Shown here piece after piece: positions 27,056-39,886 of a stretch of 64,000 nucleotides of DNA. The stretch spans positions 1-64,000 of the forward strand of contig NIVC01000075.1 in assembly GCA_002269645.1 (NCBI GenBank), written 5' to 3'. The DNA comes from Macrostomum lignano. Its lineage: Eukaryota. Within the stretch, counting starts at the first letter, position 1; each line of letters opens with the position of its first letter. The translations under genes and the position numbers were made by a program. The notes under the pieces are model-generated. The model worked only from the letters and a program-made list of their open reading frames with translations. It did not search any database and was not told where the DNA came from.

Positions 27056-27100
<45 letters not shown>

Positions 27101-27178
27101 CTAAGACAGACAATCAGACAGACAGATCGACAGACAGACAGACACTAAGACAGACAATTAGACAGACAGACAGACAGG
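26655..27178. repeat. (GACA)n microsatellite with CTAAGACA interruptions
   Basis: Directly visible; same interruption motif as 5354-5725, on the opposite strand. Confidence 0.96.
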
Positions 27179-27967
27179 ACTTACAGGCTGACACAATACA
27201 GCAGTGAAGCAATAAAAAGGCGCAGTGAGAAAATCCAAATTAACATTGCACCATCGCTCTGCAAAAAGCAGCTGAGAGAAGAACCAGTTGAAGCTCAAGT
27301 AACAGGATAAGAAGCGACTAGATAAAATTCGAATTGGTTAATCGAAAAGCAGCTGGCATGCAATCGTGGGGCGGGCTCCGATAGCTTCAGCTTTCTGCTT
27401 TCATGCTTAGGACTGACTAGATGCAGGTTAAAAAAGAAGAAATTTAATATTTCTGTATGCAAATACCAATCTGCTGCTGTTCCAATTTCAGAGAGTGCTA
27501 TTTTTTCTTAGGGAGGAGAAAGAGAGGGAGAGAAGGGGTAGAGGCAAAATACAAGTGAATATTTAGGGTTTAAAGGGAGAGAGTAACTATAAATTAGCCA
27601 TATTAATGAAAAGCCTCGTCATCTAATTAGTTTTGAGGCCATGATTATAAACTAGTATCGACTTACAGGTGTAGATATGGTTTTAATAAGTAACATTTCG
27701 TGCATATAATAATTTTCTATTTCCATTAAAGTAATGTTGAAGTTTGCGATGGGTGAACGGCGCGAGTAGCTATTCTTTTGTTAGGATAATGCGAGGCCTC
27801 GAAATCTAATGAGTATTATATTAGTTATAGAACTAACTCTAAAAAATCGCATAGTCATTCTTTTGACTTTATTTTATAAAGTAAATAAACGGCAGGAGCA
27901 ACAATGCATTAAAAAATCAAGCTTTAATGCCTCGTCAGCTAATTAGCCGGTAAATTAAAAAGAAATT

Positions 27968-30900
27968 TCAAACAAAATTTGGCGCCAAAGACGAGAACCT
28001 GGCGTGCAGACTGGCCGGGCTAAGCCGTTTACCAACGCTAGCTGGTGTCCAACACTCGGCCAGAGTTTCAGAAATAAATGGCAGCGCCGGATGATTCTGC
28101 ACCGGCAGTGTCAGAGAGGCCGACAGAGGATTAGCAGTAGACAAATAGTCTAGGCCGGGCCTGAGCAGAGCTGCTCTAGCCTGAGAAACTGTTAGAGTTC
28201 GTTGAGCAGACGAATCGGCCGATGAGGCAGACGAACTGCGAACTTTTAGCCGGTCAGAGAATACGGGAGCATAGGACGGCGGCGATTCCGATTTATCGTA
28301 AAATGCAGAGCACCTGCGCAATGCGAGTTAAGGTAGTGTGAACTAAATTCTAAATATGAATGTAGTTAATTATGGCAGTAAATAATCCAGCTACAAGTGT
28401 CAATGATTTCGTTTCAAATGATTGAGGGAATATTAAAGTTTATTTATTATCACTTTGATTAATAAAATCATTTTCTGAAATCATTCAGAAAAGTTGTATT
28501 GAATAGTCAAATATAAGCTCTGCAATGACAGGTATAAACGGTCTTTAGGTATCAACAACGAGTATCGATTGATTGATAACGTCTCAGTAATTATCGATCA
28601 GAGAAATGAGGGTCAATGACGTCATTAAGTATAAATGCGGGTCGATGACGTCAGCAAATATCAGGTGGTCAATAACGCTATTAGGTATAAATGCGGGTTG
28701 ATGACGTCATTAGGTTATCCATACGGGTTGATGACGTCATTAAGTATCAATATGGGTCGATGAAGCCAGAAAGCATCAATGAGAGTTGATGATGTGAGTA
28801 AGTATTAATGAGGGTCGATGACGTCAGCAAATATCAGGTGGTCAATAACGCTATTAGGTATAAATGCGGGTCGATGACGTCATTAGGTTATCCATATGGG
28901 TTGATGACGTCATTAAGTATCAATATGGGTCGATGAAGCCAGAAAGCATCAATGAGAGTTGATGATGTGAGTAAGTATTAATGAGGGTCGATGACGTCAG
29001 TAAGTATCAATGACGTCATAACCATATCAAAGTATCCCATAGAAGACTACACTGTGATTGGACTTACCGGATAGCGACCTCCCACAGTATGAGGCCTAGC
29101 GAATAAGAATCAGCCGCCATCAGCTGTTCCAGATTGAACGATCCCTGACCCTGCTGATGCAATTTGCCATTCCGTTTCTGATTATGATGCTGCGGAGTCT
29201 GCTGGGAAGCTGCTAACAGCTCTGGTGCAGCGTAGCGCAGGTGACTACCAACGGTGGAACAGAAGCCGGACAGGCCCACTAGCAGTGGTGCCAGCGGCCC
29301 TCTGAGCACAAAGCTGGCAGTCTCTAATCGGCAATGAGCCCGACCGATGCTGTGCAACTGGGCCACGGCGGCGCAGAGGGCGCAGGCTAAACGACAGAAA
29401 TCTGACCAGCTGTAGCACCTGGATTGGTTGAATTTTATCAGTTGAAAGTGAGTAACAGATGGGGGCTTGAGTTCACTTGAGCAGCTGGATAAATTTATTG
29501 GGATTTTTAGTGTCACCCAAAGTTAACTATGTACCCAAATAAATATCTTGCTGTTCACCTAAAAAAGAAGGGCACTTTTTTGACATCTGGTATATGACTG
29601 GGTATTTATCCGGGTATTCGGCTGGGTATTTATCTGGGTATACAGCTGGGTATTTGTCTGATCGTACGGCTGGTATTTATCCGGTTATACGACTGGGTAT
29701 TTATCTGGGTATACGGAAGGGTACTTATTTGGGTATATGACTGGGTATTTATCTGGGTATACGGCTGGGTATTTATCTGGGTATATGGATGGGTACTTAT
29801 TTGGGTATATGACTGGGTATTTATCTGGGTATACGACTGGGTATTTTTCTGGTTATACGGCTGGGTACTTATTTGGTATTTATATGGGTATATGACTGCC
29901 CTTCAAGACTCATGCATGACTATAAAATACGTGCCAACCCCTTCTACCTAGCTTCGTCTAGTTTCAACACTCATCACCAGTGCAAAGTGCATATAAAAGC
30001 ATAGATATAACTTATAAAGGTAATAATGCTAATTAGCTGAACTGTGGTAGGCATCTCTGCAAAGCAATGCTGTATACGAGCGTATTAATAATTATGATTA
30101 TCAGGCTTACAAATCCATAGCCAAGACCTACGCTGCATATACGCATATTGTACGTAACAGTTGTACAGAATAAAAGCTAAGTATATCCGATAGCAAATCT
30201 CTCTCACGCCCTTGCTAATGCTTATATAAATATAGACAATATAGATCTAGCTAATCTAAATCTAGATAATAATTGGAAGGCCAATAAAACGGTTATGTCA
30301 TTTCAAATTTGAACATGTCGCGCCAAGAGTACTATGACACAAGAAACTCGTTAAAGTGCTTTTAGTCACAATACTCCTGGAGTTTTATCAATATCTAAAA
30401 GTACAGCAAGAACTAAGTGATAGATAAAGAATTCACCTATCGGCCAACTGGTCGGATAAGCAGCCACCGGTGGCCAGTTCCAGCAGCAGACATGGCCTCT
30501 GTCCGGTGTACATTGTGCAACCAAACAGCCTGGGGAAGAATGTCACAGCGTTGGCTCGCTCCAGCTTGCGATAAGAAGACAGCTCAGACCGGTACTGGGC
30601 TAAAGAGCTCGACGATTCCGGATAAAATAGCTTGGCAACACACGATCGACTCCCGCTGCTGTCACCGGCTGAGGACTGATTGAGGCATGATGGGAAGGTT
30701 GATAAGGGATCGCCGTTCTGAGACCCAAGTATGGATGGGTCGAATCAGAATTCAGTAGCTTATGGGACTGATTATTGAGGCTGGACAAGGGGGTTATCAA
30801 ATCTCAAATGGGGATCAGAGAATCTACAATGGGGATTATACTATCTACAATGAGGATTAGAGAATCTAAAATGGAGATCAGAGAATCTAAAATGGGGATC

Positions 30901-31718
30901 AGAGAATCTAAAATGGCGATTAGAGAATCTAAAATGGGGATCAGAAAATCCAAAATGGACATTAGAGAATCTAAAATGGGGATCAGAGAATCTACAATGG
31001 TGATTAGAGAATTTAAAATGAGGATTAAATAATGCTAGATGGAGATTAGACAATCTATAAAATGGCGATTAGAGAATCTAAAATGGGGATCAGAAAATCC
31101 AAAATGGGGGTTAGAGAATCTAAAATGAGGATTAAAGAATCTAAAATCGGGATTAGATAATCTAAAATAAGGATTAAAGAATCCAAAATGAGGATTAACG
31201 AATATAAAATGAGGATTAGATCATCTAAATAAGGGATTATAGAATCTAAATAAGGGATTATGGAATCTAAATAAGGGATTATGGAATCTCACATCTAGCA
31301 CAGCCTCGTAGATGATGGCGGCTTTTCCCGAACAAGGCAGCTGCCTGACCAACCGAACGCTGCAGTCATCCATCGACGGAGTCCCGCCAGCTGACGAAGA
31401 GCTGCAGCCGGTGCCTCTCGCAAGCAGCCAGTCGTGATTGGTGCCAAAATTGTGACCACCGTTGCCCATAGCGGCCGACGACGAGGACACAGCCGCCGAC
31501 GAGGCGCCGGCGCGTAATCGGCGCCGATTTAAGCGCCTCCGACGGCGCCAAACGATACCTATACAGGCTAATAATAGGCATCCTAAACCGGCGTACAAAC
31601 CAATTGAAGCGGCTAAAAATATAGCGAATCTCTGACGGCCCCATTGTTCGGCGTCCATTGGCGAGTGTGACACTGGCGTCAGGGCCATTGTGACATTGAT
31701 ATCCACTAGAGCTGGCAT
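27968..31718 (-). CDS. TGF-beta type II receptor (BMPR2/wit-like) kinase-fold protein, predicted pseudokinase, single TM, no visible ectodomain (4 exons, 467 aa)
   Basis: Exons 31718-31293 (phase 0), 30717-30437 (phase 2), 29418-29068 (phase 2) and 28313-27968 have canonical GT-AG sites and compatible phases. TM FAIFLAASIGLYAGLGCLLLACIGIVW is followed by RRRRR. Kinase landmarks: CVAKLFYP, YRSEL, LLLELATGGCLSDQL, WSDFCRLA, LRYAAPELL, ADSYSLGLILWEVAIRC, ISETLAECW...KRLS. HRD is replaced by HCR and DFG is absent. Confidence 0.88.
28605..29020. repeat. About 29-bp diverged minisatellite with 173-bp higher-order duplication, containing nine TGACGTCA sites
   Basis: TGACGTCA at about 28617, 28646, 28702, 28732, 28819, 28875, 28905, 28992 and 29011. 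Spacing of 173 recurs (28646/28819/28992; 28702/28875; 28732/28905). Confidence 0.9.
29590..29900. repeat. 24-bp (2x12) minisatellite GACTGGGTATTTATCTGGGTATAC, intronic
   Basis: Period of 24 (29739 to 29763). Confidence 0.9.
30800..31290. repeat. 21-bp minisatellite AAATGGGGATCAGAGAATCTA, intronic
   Basis: Period of 21 (30861 to 30882); the array abuts the exon-1 donor of the pseudokinase gene. Confidence 0.92.
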
Positions 31719-33468
31719 GCTGCGTCAGCCTCACAATCCTTTGCTCTTTCTCTCTATCGAGTCGAAGCCGACTTTGCCCTCGTCGAATCACCTTTCTCTC
31801 TCTCTCTTTCTCTCACTGTTAATGATATGGCTATTATTGTTAACTATTTCGCACCGTGAGAGCCTGGAAAAAGCGAAAATAAATTATGAATCAAGAAAGC
31901 AGAGTTTTAATCTTTTATAGTAAAATTATATTAATACATACTTTATAGCAATACAAAACTTGTGGGAAGCTTGGTTGAATGTAACGATTAGCCAAAGATT
32001 GGGGGTCTGAAAATATGGGCATATATAGACAGTGTAGACACAGAGACAGAGAGAAACTATGGACTATGAGACAGAACTGTAATATAGGCAAAATAACGCT
32101 TTGATGTTTGGATATATCGAAGAAGTCAGCTCTCCTATTGGATGAGCACTATTGAGCACGTTTTCATTCCTTCCCAAATTCTCCTCAAATCGGCCGGGAC
32201 CTGCCCCCTTCCCTCACTAGCTCTCTGGCTTCCCTCCTGCAGGATGCCTCGAGGGAAGCGAATGCCCCATCAGTTTTTTCATCAAAGCACACAGACTGCC
32301 TGCCTGACTAACTGACTGAAAGAGCCAATGCCCCTCTGCGCACAGATCTTTTTCCCATTGCGCTACACTCTTTCCTACCTCACTACACTGCCCCCTGCTC
32401 AATCCGATCTTTTCCTTCCCTTGCCTGAAACTTCTATCTTTCAGGGAATGCCTCACTGTTCTGATGGGATTGGGAGCAGCAAGCCGAGGGATTAAAGTTA
32501 GAACTAAAAATACAATTTAAAAGGGGCAGTCAGGCGAACAATCTAACCAAATTAATCCCGTTAATTTTTTGCTGCAGCTACACTTGAGCAAATACTACTT
32601 TATTCTGGGGAATGATTTTTTAAAGCATCAAAAGTGTTACTACGGATGCAATTTCTTGTGATTCACCAGTATAGTCTGGAATGTATTCTTAAAATTTGGG
32701 ATTTTCGACAACTGTAAATTCTGGGATTTACAATAGCAACTTTTTAAATGACAGCAATTCATGCAATTCCAAATTTCATATTTTACTACCGACAGACAGT
32801 TGACCCACCAATACTAACCCACAATGTCAGCTAATCATGAGGCGAGGCATGGTCTGTGATATGGTTGTGACCATAGATCTAGATCTAGTAGATCTAGTTC
32901 CTACAATGTGAATAAGAGTAAGATGCTTTCTTTTCAACAAAAAATTGAAGGCTAAAACTATCATCACAGCCTATGATTACATTTGAATGCTAATTAAATC
33001 TTTATCAAGGTCTGTCTAGGAGGACTAAAATTACTTTGGGCTGGGAATTACTTTGATTTACGAGTATAATCCTGGGATTTTGGGATTTCCTAATCTGATG
33101 ATTGAAAAGTGGTAGGATTTGGAAATCCCTACTTACCAATATGAGCTATTATTTCAACAATCACTATTTAGAGGCGATACCAGCATGCTATAAGAGTTTA
33201 AATGTGATTTGAACTACCAATCTCATTCATATTGATAATAATCTATATTTATCAACTATTCCTTAAGTAGGCTATTCTACATATTTTAATTTTTTCTGTG
33301 TGTTTAGTAAGGCAACTATCATTATAAAAACAATTAGCATCAATTCATTCAAAAAAGTTTGGTATAAAAAAGATCTACAAAAGTTTAGCTAGCAAATTCC
33401 TGGGGCTTTAAAATACATTATTACAATAGTATTTTCCAGATACCAATAATGCAGGCAAAACCATATAT

Positions 33469-33597
33469 GCGCAACTTTGGGAATCACTCAGCTCTTTCTA
33501 TTGGCAACACACACATTAGTGACTACTATTCTATCCAATAGCAACTTACATGTGTGTGTTGCCAAAAGAAATGGCCAGGTGAATCCCTAGGTTGCGC
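33469..33597. mobile_element. Hairpin-like MITE of about 130 bp; related termini at about 36809 and 37535-37553
   Basis: GCGCAACTTTGGGAATCAC pairs with GTGAATCCCTAGGTTGCGC, and TTTCTATTGGCAACACACACAT pairs with ATGTGTGTGTTGCCAAAAGAAA. A similar left end (GCACAACCTAGGGAATCAC) lies at 36809 and a similar right end at 37535. Confidence 0.65.
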
Positions 33598-35063
33598 CCA
33601 AGCATGGACAAAACATAAAAAACATATTAACTATGTTGTATTATTTTGCAAAATTATAAATGCAAATTATAGTTAAGTTTTTATATATAGCAAAAAACAA
33701 TTGGTAGTCATCATATGCTTTTACAAATTTGATTTTCTAAATGTTTTAATCTTACAACTCAGCTTCTTCTCTCCTAATCATTCAGTTTCAATCCTAATAT
33801 CTTAAAAAAATTATTGTGCACATTAAAATACATTCTATTTTATTCACTAAATTTTCAGTCTACTTTATGTTCTTATATAGCTATATGCATATGAAACAAA
33901 ACTAGAAATCCTTTAAGAAGATAGCATTTTAGAAAAGACTTGAAATATACCAAATGAAAAAATTGATGTCCTTATGCATAGATATATGATAGAAGAATGA
34001 CTTAGCCAATCTAGCTATATAAAGAGGCTACTAGCCAAGTTCTACCCAAGAAAATAAAAATTCAAAAACAACAAAAACAACAAGACAAGAAAAATAAAAG
34101 AAATGAAAGAAAAGAAAAACAAAAGAAAAGAAAAAGAAAAATGAAATTGCAACTTGATTACTAGCGCAAACTACATTGACCTAGAAAAAACAATATGTTA
34201 ATTGAATTAACCTTTAAAGGACTTTAAAGGATTACTATGGTAAAGTTGCGCATCTGATGAAAAGGGTCTTAAAATTTAGTTACAATTATATTTGTTTATT
34301 TACTTATAATTGCTAAATTATAATGCTATCATCTAATTGCTAAATAAAAGTAAATAAACAAATAAATTGTAACTAAATATCAGGAGCCTAACGATGCCTG
34401 ATGCAAAGCAAAACATGTCACATAACAAAAAATGATAGCACTCGCATTCTTAATTTTGCTTTTAAAGGATTCAGTTTTTAAAAAAGAACAATTAAATATT
34501 TCTCTATTGCAAGTTTAAATTATATATTGCTGCTAGGCATTTAATATTGATTAAATTACTTGTAACTAATGAATAAAAATGCTATTATCTTCAAGGTAGG
34601 ACGATGGATTTATAACTAAGACCTATATATTTAGCCTAAATAAGAACTAAGAAGCCATATTTAGTTATAATTCCTTAACTCATACCTCTACCTCCCCTCA
34701 ACTTTGCTGTTGGCTTGCCACCCTCCATACTCCTGGCTTTTGAAAGGCTAGTAGGGGGGGGGGCTTGCCACCTCTATACACTTGGCTTTTATATGCTAGT
34801 AGAGATTGTTGTTGCAACCAGACACAATATTCTTGCTTATATGTATCAAAAAATATTTTTTCAGTAGCTAGCTCGTATAATTGCTATTGCCATAGAGATT
34901 AAGGGTTATTTTTTTCCATAAAAAAATTTTGATTGCTAAAATACTTTAAACTTAACTTATCTACTAAGTTATTACTTATCACTTGCTTCTGAGAAAGGCC
35001 TACAGGACATGCATTTTATATCAATGATTGCCTTTAGTAGCCATTTCTATAATTTTGTGCTAC

Positions 35064-36042
35064 AGGAGTGCTACAGGGTGACACTCTGGCGCCCTTTCTC
35101 TTTGTGCTGGTGATGGACTGGGTGCTCAGGACCGGCCTGCTGACATCAGAGGATGGCTTTCTGCTGCAAAGGCGCACCAGTAGATGGCACCCGGAGAAGA
35201 AACTGTCTGTTCTTGGCTACGCAGATGACCTCGCCCTGCTGTCTTCCATGGCCGAAGGCGCCCAACGGCTGCTGGACGGCCTGACTGTGGTGGCGGCGAG
35301 GGTCGGTCTCGTCATCAATGCCAGGAAGACCAAGGTGCTGATGGTGCCGCATGATCTACCCGCCAAGATTCGACTTCGAGACGGCGATGGCCCCGGGACG
35401 GCGCTCCTGAAGTGCCTTCAGTTTGTCTACCTTGGCGAACTGGTGCCAGATGTCGGTGACAACCTAATGAGATGGCGCGGCAAGGCCTGGGCTGCCTTCC
35501 GATCTGTGCGGGCGGTGCTGCTCTCCGAGGCCCTGTCCGACGGCGCCAGGTCCCAGCTGTTCCAGGCGGTTGTTGAGACCACCCTGCTGTACAATGCTGA
35601 GACGTGGACGCTGACCGGGGCGCTTGAGGCGCAGCTCAATGCATCACATGCGGCCCTAGTCTGCGCCACTTTCGGCGCCCGCCGCGGCCCTGGCAGCGAG
35701 ACAACTGAGTCCCTGTACAAGCACACAGGCCTGACGCGGCCTTCGGCCCTGCTGAGTCAGCGGCGCCTGCAGCTTGCCAGACATGTCATCTGGGCCGAAG
35801 CCTGCTGCCCAGAGCCACTGCAAGACGTCCTGCTGTGGACCCCGCAGGGACCATGCAGGTGTGGCCAGGGACGATCAGCCCACTATGTCGACCGCCTTTT
35901 TGAAGATGTGTGAGCACCCAGCCAGACGGCCAGTGTGAAGCACATTAGAGACCTAGCTCTGAAACGCGCGATTTGACGCTCCCATCTCTTGGCCACTCCC
36001 GTGGCTAGCATGGGGCGTAACTATTATTATTATTATTATTTT
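35064..36042 (+). mobile_element. 5'-truncated RTE-like LINE: C-terminal half of reverse transcriptase, 3' UTR and (TTA)n tail
   Basis: GVLQGDTLAPFLFVLVMDWVLR...YADDLALLS...GLVINARKTKVL...FVYLG...LLYNAETWTL, followed by a (TTA)n tail at about 36021-36040. The sequence starts abruptly at the QGD motif. Confidence 0.9.
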
Positions 36043-37927
36043 AGTTGCTTTTTCATATATTTCTGCTTATTGTATTGCAAAAGTTCTACCTACAAACATG
36101 AGTCATATGTTGTTATAGAGATAACATCAAGGTGCATTTTGCAGCATTCATATAATACATTTTAATACTATATTAACAAATTTTACTGCATACTGTTTTG
36201 TTTGCAACTGCACAATATGTCTTTTATTGTTGAAGCACAAAGTAAAGTTGCATAATTTTTTAATTTTGGCATATATGACTATCATATTTCCAATTTTTTG
36301 GTATACTTGGCATATGTAGAGACCTTTTCCCGAATTTATTAAAAATCATTGCAATTCCTTTGCAATGAAAAACAAAGTATAAAAAATTTTTAATACTTTC
36401 ATTTTTATAGTATACCAAGAAATCATGGCAACTAGCATCTATGATATATGGGCAATCTTCCAGTTTGTTTCACAATATTATTTGCTTGTTTATTTAGTTT
36501 AAAATGGTGTGTCAATGTAGTGAAACATCAGAAAATGATACCTATGGCCAAAAGGGATCTGAAATAGAAGCAGACAAGTAATAGTTAAAGGGGAGGGGGC
36601 AAAAAACAGAGCAGAAAACTATAGAGGATCTGGTTACAGAGGATAATAATATGACACTCAATATAGCACAGCACCAAATGCTATGCCAGGGTATAGGCAG
36701 TGCCATAGAAATTCCTCAAATAGCCAGTGAAATCAGAATGTCTTTAATAGTGCTATTTTGCATCCCTTTTGGCCATGACATCATTTTCTAACATATCATT
36801 ACATGCATGCACAACCTAGGGAATCACCCGGCTGTTTCTATTAGCAACACATGTAAGTCGCTATTGGCTGAGAGCAGTCATGTGACTACTATTCTGTCCA
36901 ATAGAAATGGCCAAGTGAACATGCATACACAACTGCTGGCTGACCTGGCCAATCTGGCCACTATAAATTGTGGTGGACCAGGGGTAAGTCACAAAAAATG
37001 CCCATCCCAAAGAATACAGACATAGTACTAATTAGATGACGAGGCATTTAGCCCTTATAAGACAGTCATAGTTACTCCTGCTATTTACCCAAAAGTTTTT
37101 AGGTAATGTTGCTCTAGGGTTTCTTTCATAGGTAAGTCACCTGGGTTTTTTTAGGCCATACGATAGCCACCAGCAACCCAAAAAAGCCATTGGCAACTGG
37201 ATTTGTGGCATCAGAGGCCAATCTGGCAACCAACTTGAACCAAGGCAGTTGCCAATGATAAAACAGTCTGTCACATTTTATTACTGCTAAGATTGACTTG
37301 GCTGAAAACCAGAAGCCTAAGCTGATTTGAGCATATTATTTTTTTCATCAATGCATGAAAATTGTTGCAAAAACAACTTTATAAAGTAGGTCAGTTGCCA
37401 GTTGGCAACTGAGGATAGTAATTGGCAACTAGATTTTGAGCTCTAGTTGCCATTTGGCAACTAGATTTTGGATGAAAAAAAACCTAGTAAATCACATGGC
37501 CAGTGTAAAACAGGGGGGTTACGCATGTATGCGAGTGAATCCCAAGGTTGCACTCAAGCATGTGTCATTGTGTTGCAGCACCAATTCAAACTTGAGAATA
37601 ATATCGCAAAACAAACTGGAAGATTGCTGATACATGTTCTGTTGCTTTCCAAACTATGGCCTAAGTAGGCCCCTATACTATGGGACTGTAGCACTAGGCC
37701 TAAGCCTAGCACTAGGTATAGTATAGGTAGGCCTATATTTTTGATATATTTTATATGTATTTTAGTCAAGATTACATATAGATATATATTAATATATACC
37801 TAAGCCTAGTGCCATTGCTGTGCCTAGGCCCTAGCTAGTATTTTGTATCTTAATACAATTACAATACAATTTAAAATGAAAAACTTTGGCAATCTTTTAC
37901 TTTACTGCCTTTAATTAATTTTGGCAG

Positions 37928-38185
37928 ATGGCAGGCCTACAATGGCTTGCAGAACCACGCTGTTGTGAATCATTGACTCAATTTTGTCTACCCTAATGAC
38001 CCATGCCATAGATCTACACAAACACCATCGAGGGGTTGTGGGCCCATGTCAAGGCAAAGTTCTGGGCAATGTATGGCACTTCTGAAGCTCTGTTTGAAAC
38101 CCATCTCAATGAGTATCTCTGGTGCTGGCTCTTTCCTAGAAAGGAGTTTAGCAACTTCCTGTACTGGGTGGCTCATTACTACTGA
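37928..38185 (+). pseudogene. Merlin (ISXO2/IS1016-like) DDE transposase C-terminal relic
   Basis: After acceptor-like TTTTGGCAG the sequence reads WQAYNGLQNHAVVNH*LNFVYPNDP-(frameshift)-YTNTIEGLWAHVKAKF...ETHLNEYLW...FLYWVAHYY*. This matches the ISXO2 pattern W.AY...VNHS..FV....HTN.IEG.W...K and carries a stop and a frameshift. Confidence 0.75.
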
Positions 38186-39886
38186 CTAATTGACTTACCT
38201 AACACTTAAAGACACTCACCTTTAATCCTCCTACCATCTTTATGTTCTGAAATAAAAAACGGTTAAATTAATTAAACGCAGTAACGTAAAAGATTGCCAA
38301 AGCTTCTGCCACAATAAATTCTACATGGATTATTGATTATATGGATTTTAGTCAAAGTTACAGAGAAATGGAGCTTAAATTTAAAATACCCTAAATACCC
38401 CATAAAAATCACGGGACCTGGCTATGAAGTATGGTTACAGGTGACAAAATTTATGATTTGATAAAATTGTAAAGTTTTATTTAATAAATATAAATCATAT
38501 AGGCCTACCCAAAATTCAAAAATTTCTGATTATACGAGTATGATATTACAATACAAAAACACTACATCAAAAAGAACAAAATTTTATTGTCTTCATCATT
38601 CACGACTAACCGAACAACGACACGACTTCTCACTGCATGGGCATGCGCGCAAAAGTCCGCATCACGCAACAAGAAAGAAAAAAGAAAATATGAGTGACCA
38701 ATAAATCGGCCCACTTATGTACAACTTAAATTTCGGCTGAAACAACGGACTAAAATTAAAAAAATATATAACTAAATTTTGAACTTTTGAAATACAATCA
38801 GAAGGTATTGTGAAACAAATAATATTTTCTTTTGTTTTAATTTAAAAAAAAACCGTTAATGTGCAAACAATTTAACAGCTATTATATTGCAGATAATCTT
38901 TTTTCATTTCATCAAACGCAACATGCATTTTAAGCCACGCTTGTATTCGATTTCGCTTGGGTAACTTACGCAGCCTTGTGTGGCTTTATTTTTATGCATA
39001 GCTACATTAAACTGCGATTGCACAGAAGCATTTGTTTTGAATAATCTTAGCCGCTGTCGAGCATGACGTGCATGGACATGCACACACACATGTAACCATT
39101 TATTTGGGAATTATCAATCTGAAGAGATGACTAATATTACTATAGACTTTTGCTCAAAACTTATCCAACTGTATCTGGATTTCTCATTGTTGTTAAAATC
39201 TAGCTAGCTATAGTGTGTCAATTACATTTATTCCCCGATATGCAGTACATAAAAATTTGACTACATGTACTCGTACACATACAAAATGTGCTGTACCTGC
39301 ACCTGAACAAGAAGGCCTGTATGCGTGAAATTAAATCAAACAAATTAAACTTTTCGGAAGCTATTTAACATATTTCGCTATACACTTGCTGGCAGATGTT
39401 GACAAATAATTAAAAGATTGTGTGCACGCATTAGAAGAGAAGTTTCAAAAGTACGCACGTACACCTGTAAGAAATTGAGTCACAGAATCTCTCGAAGACC
39501 TTTAGCACTGCACTTCAGCAAAGTGTATCTTTAACAAAATATTCAGCTGACAATTCACAAACAGTCCTCGCCTCAAGTGGGCATTAACCAATGCAAGCAT
39601 TTTGTTTATCAAGAAGGTCGTACAATAAATACGCGTGCAACCGAGATTCAAAACAGAAAATGTAGTCGGTCATTTTAATCAGTTTCCAAAACCAACAGAA
39701 ATGGCTGATTCATTTACAATATAAATTGAAAGTACGTAGTATTAATTACCGATTTTCTCGCCCCAATAATTAAGTTACATGTACTTATCCTATTTAGTTA
39801 AAATTAAGTTTGGTTTTTTGTTACATGTAAAAGCACAAAGTAAGTTACTACGAGTAATGTGTTCAACGCAGTTAATAGAATCAAAA

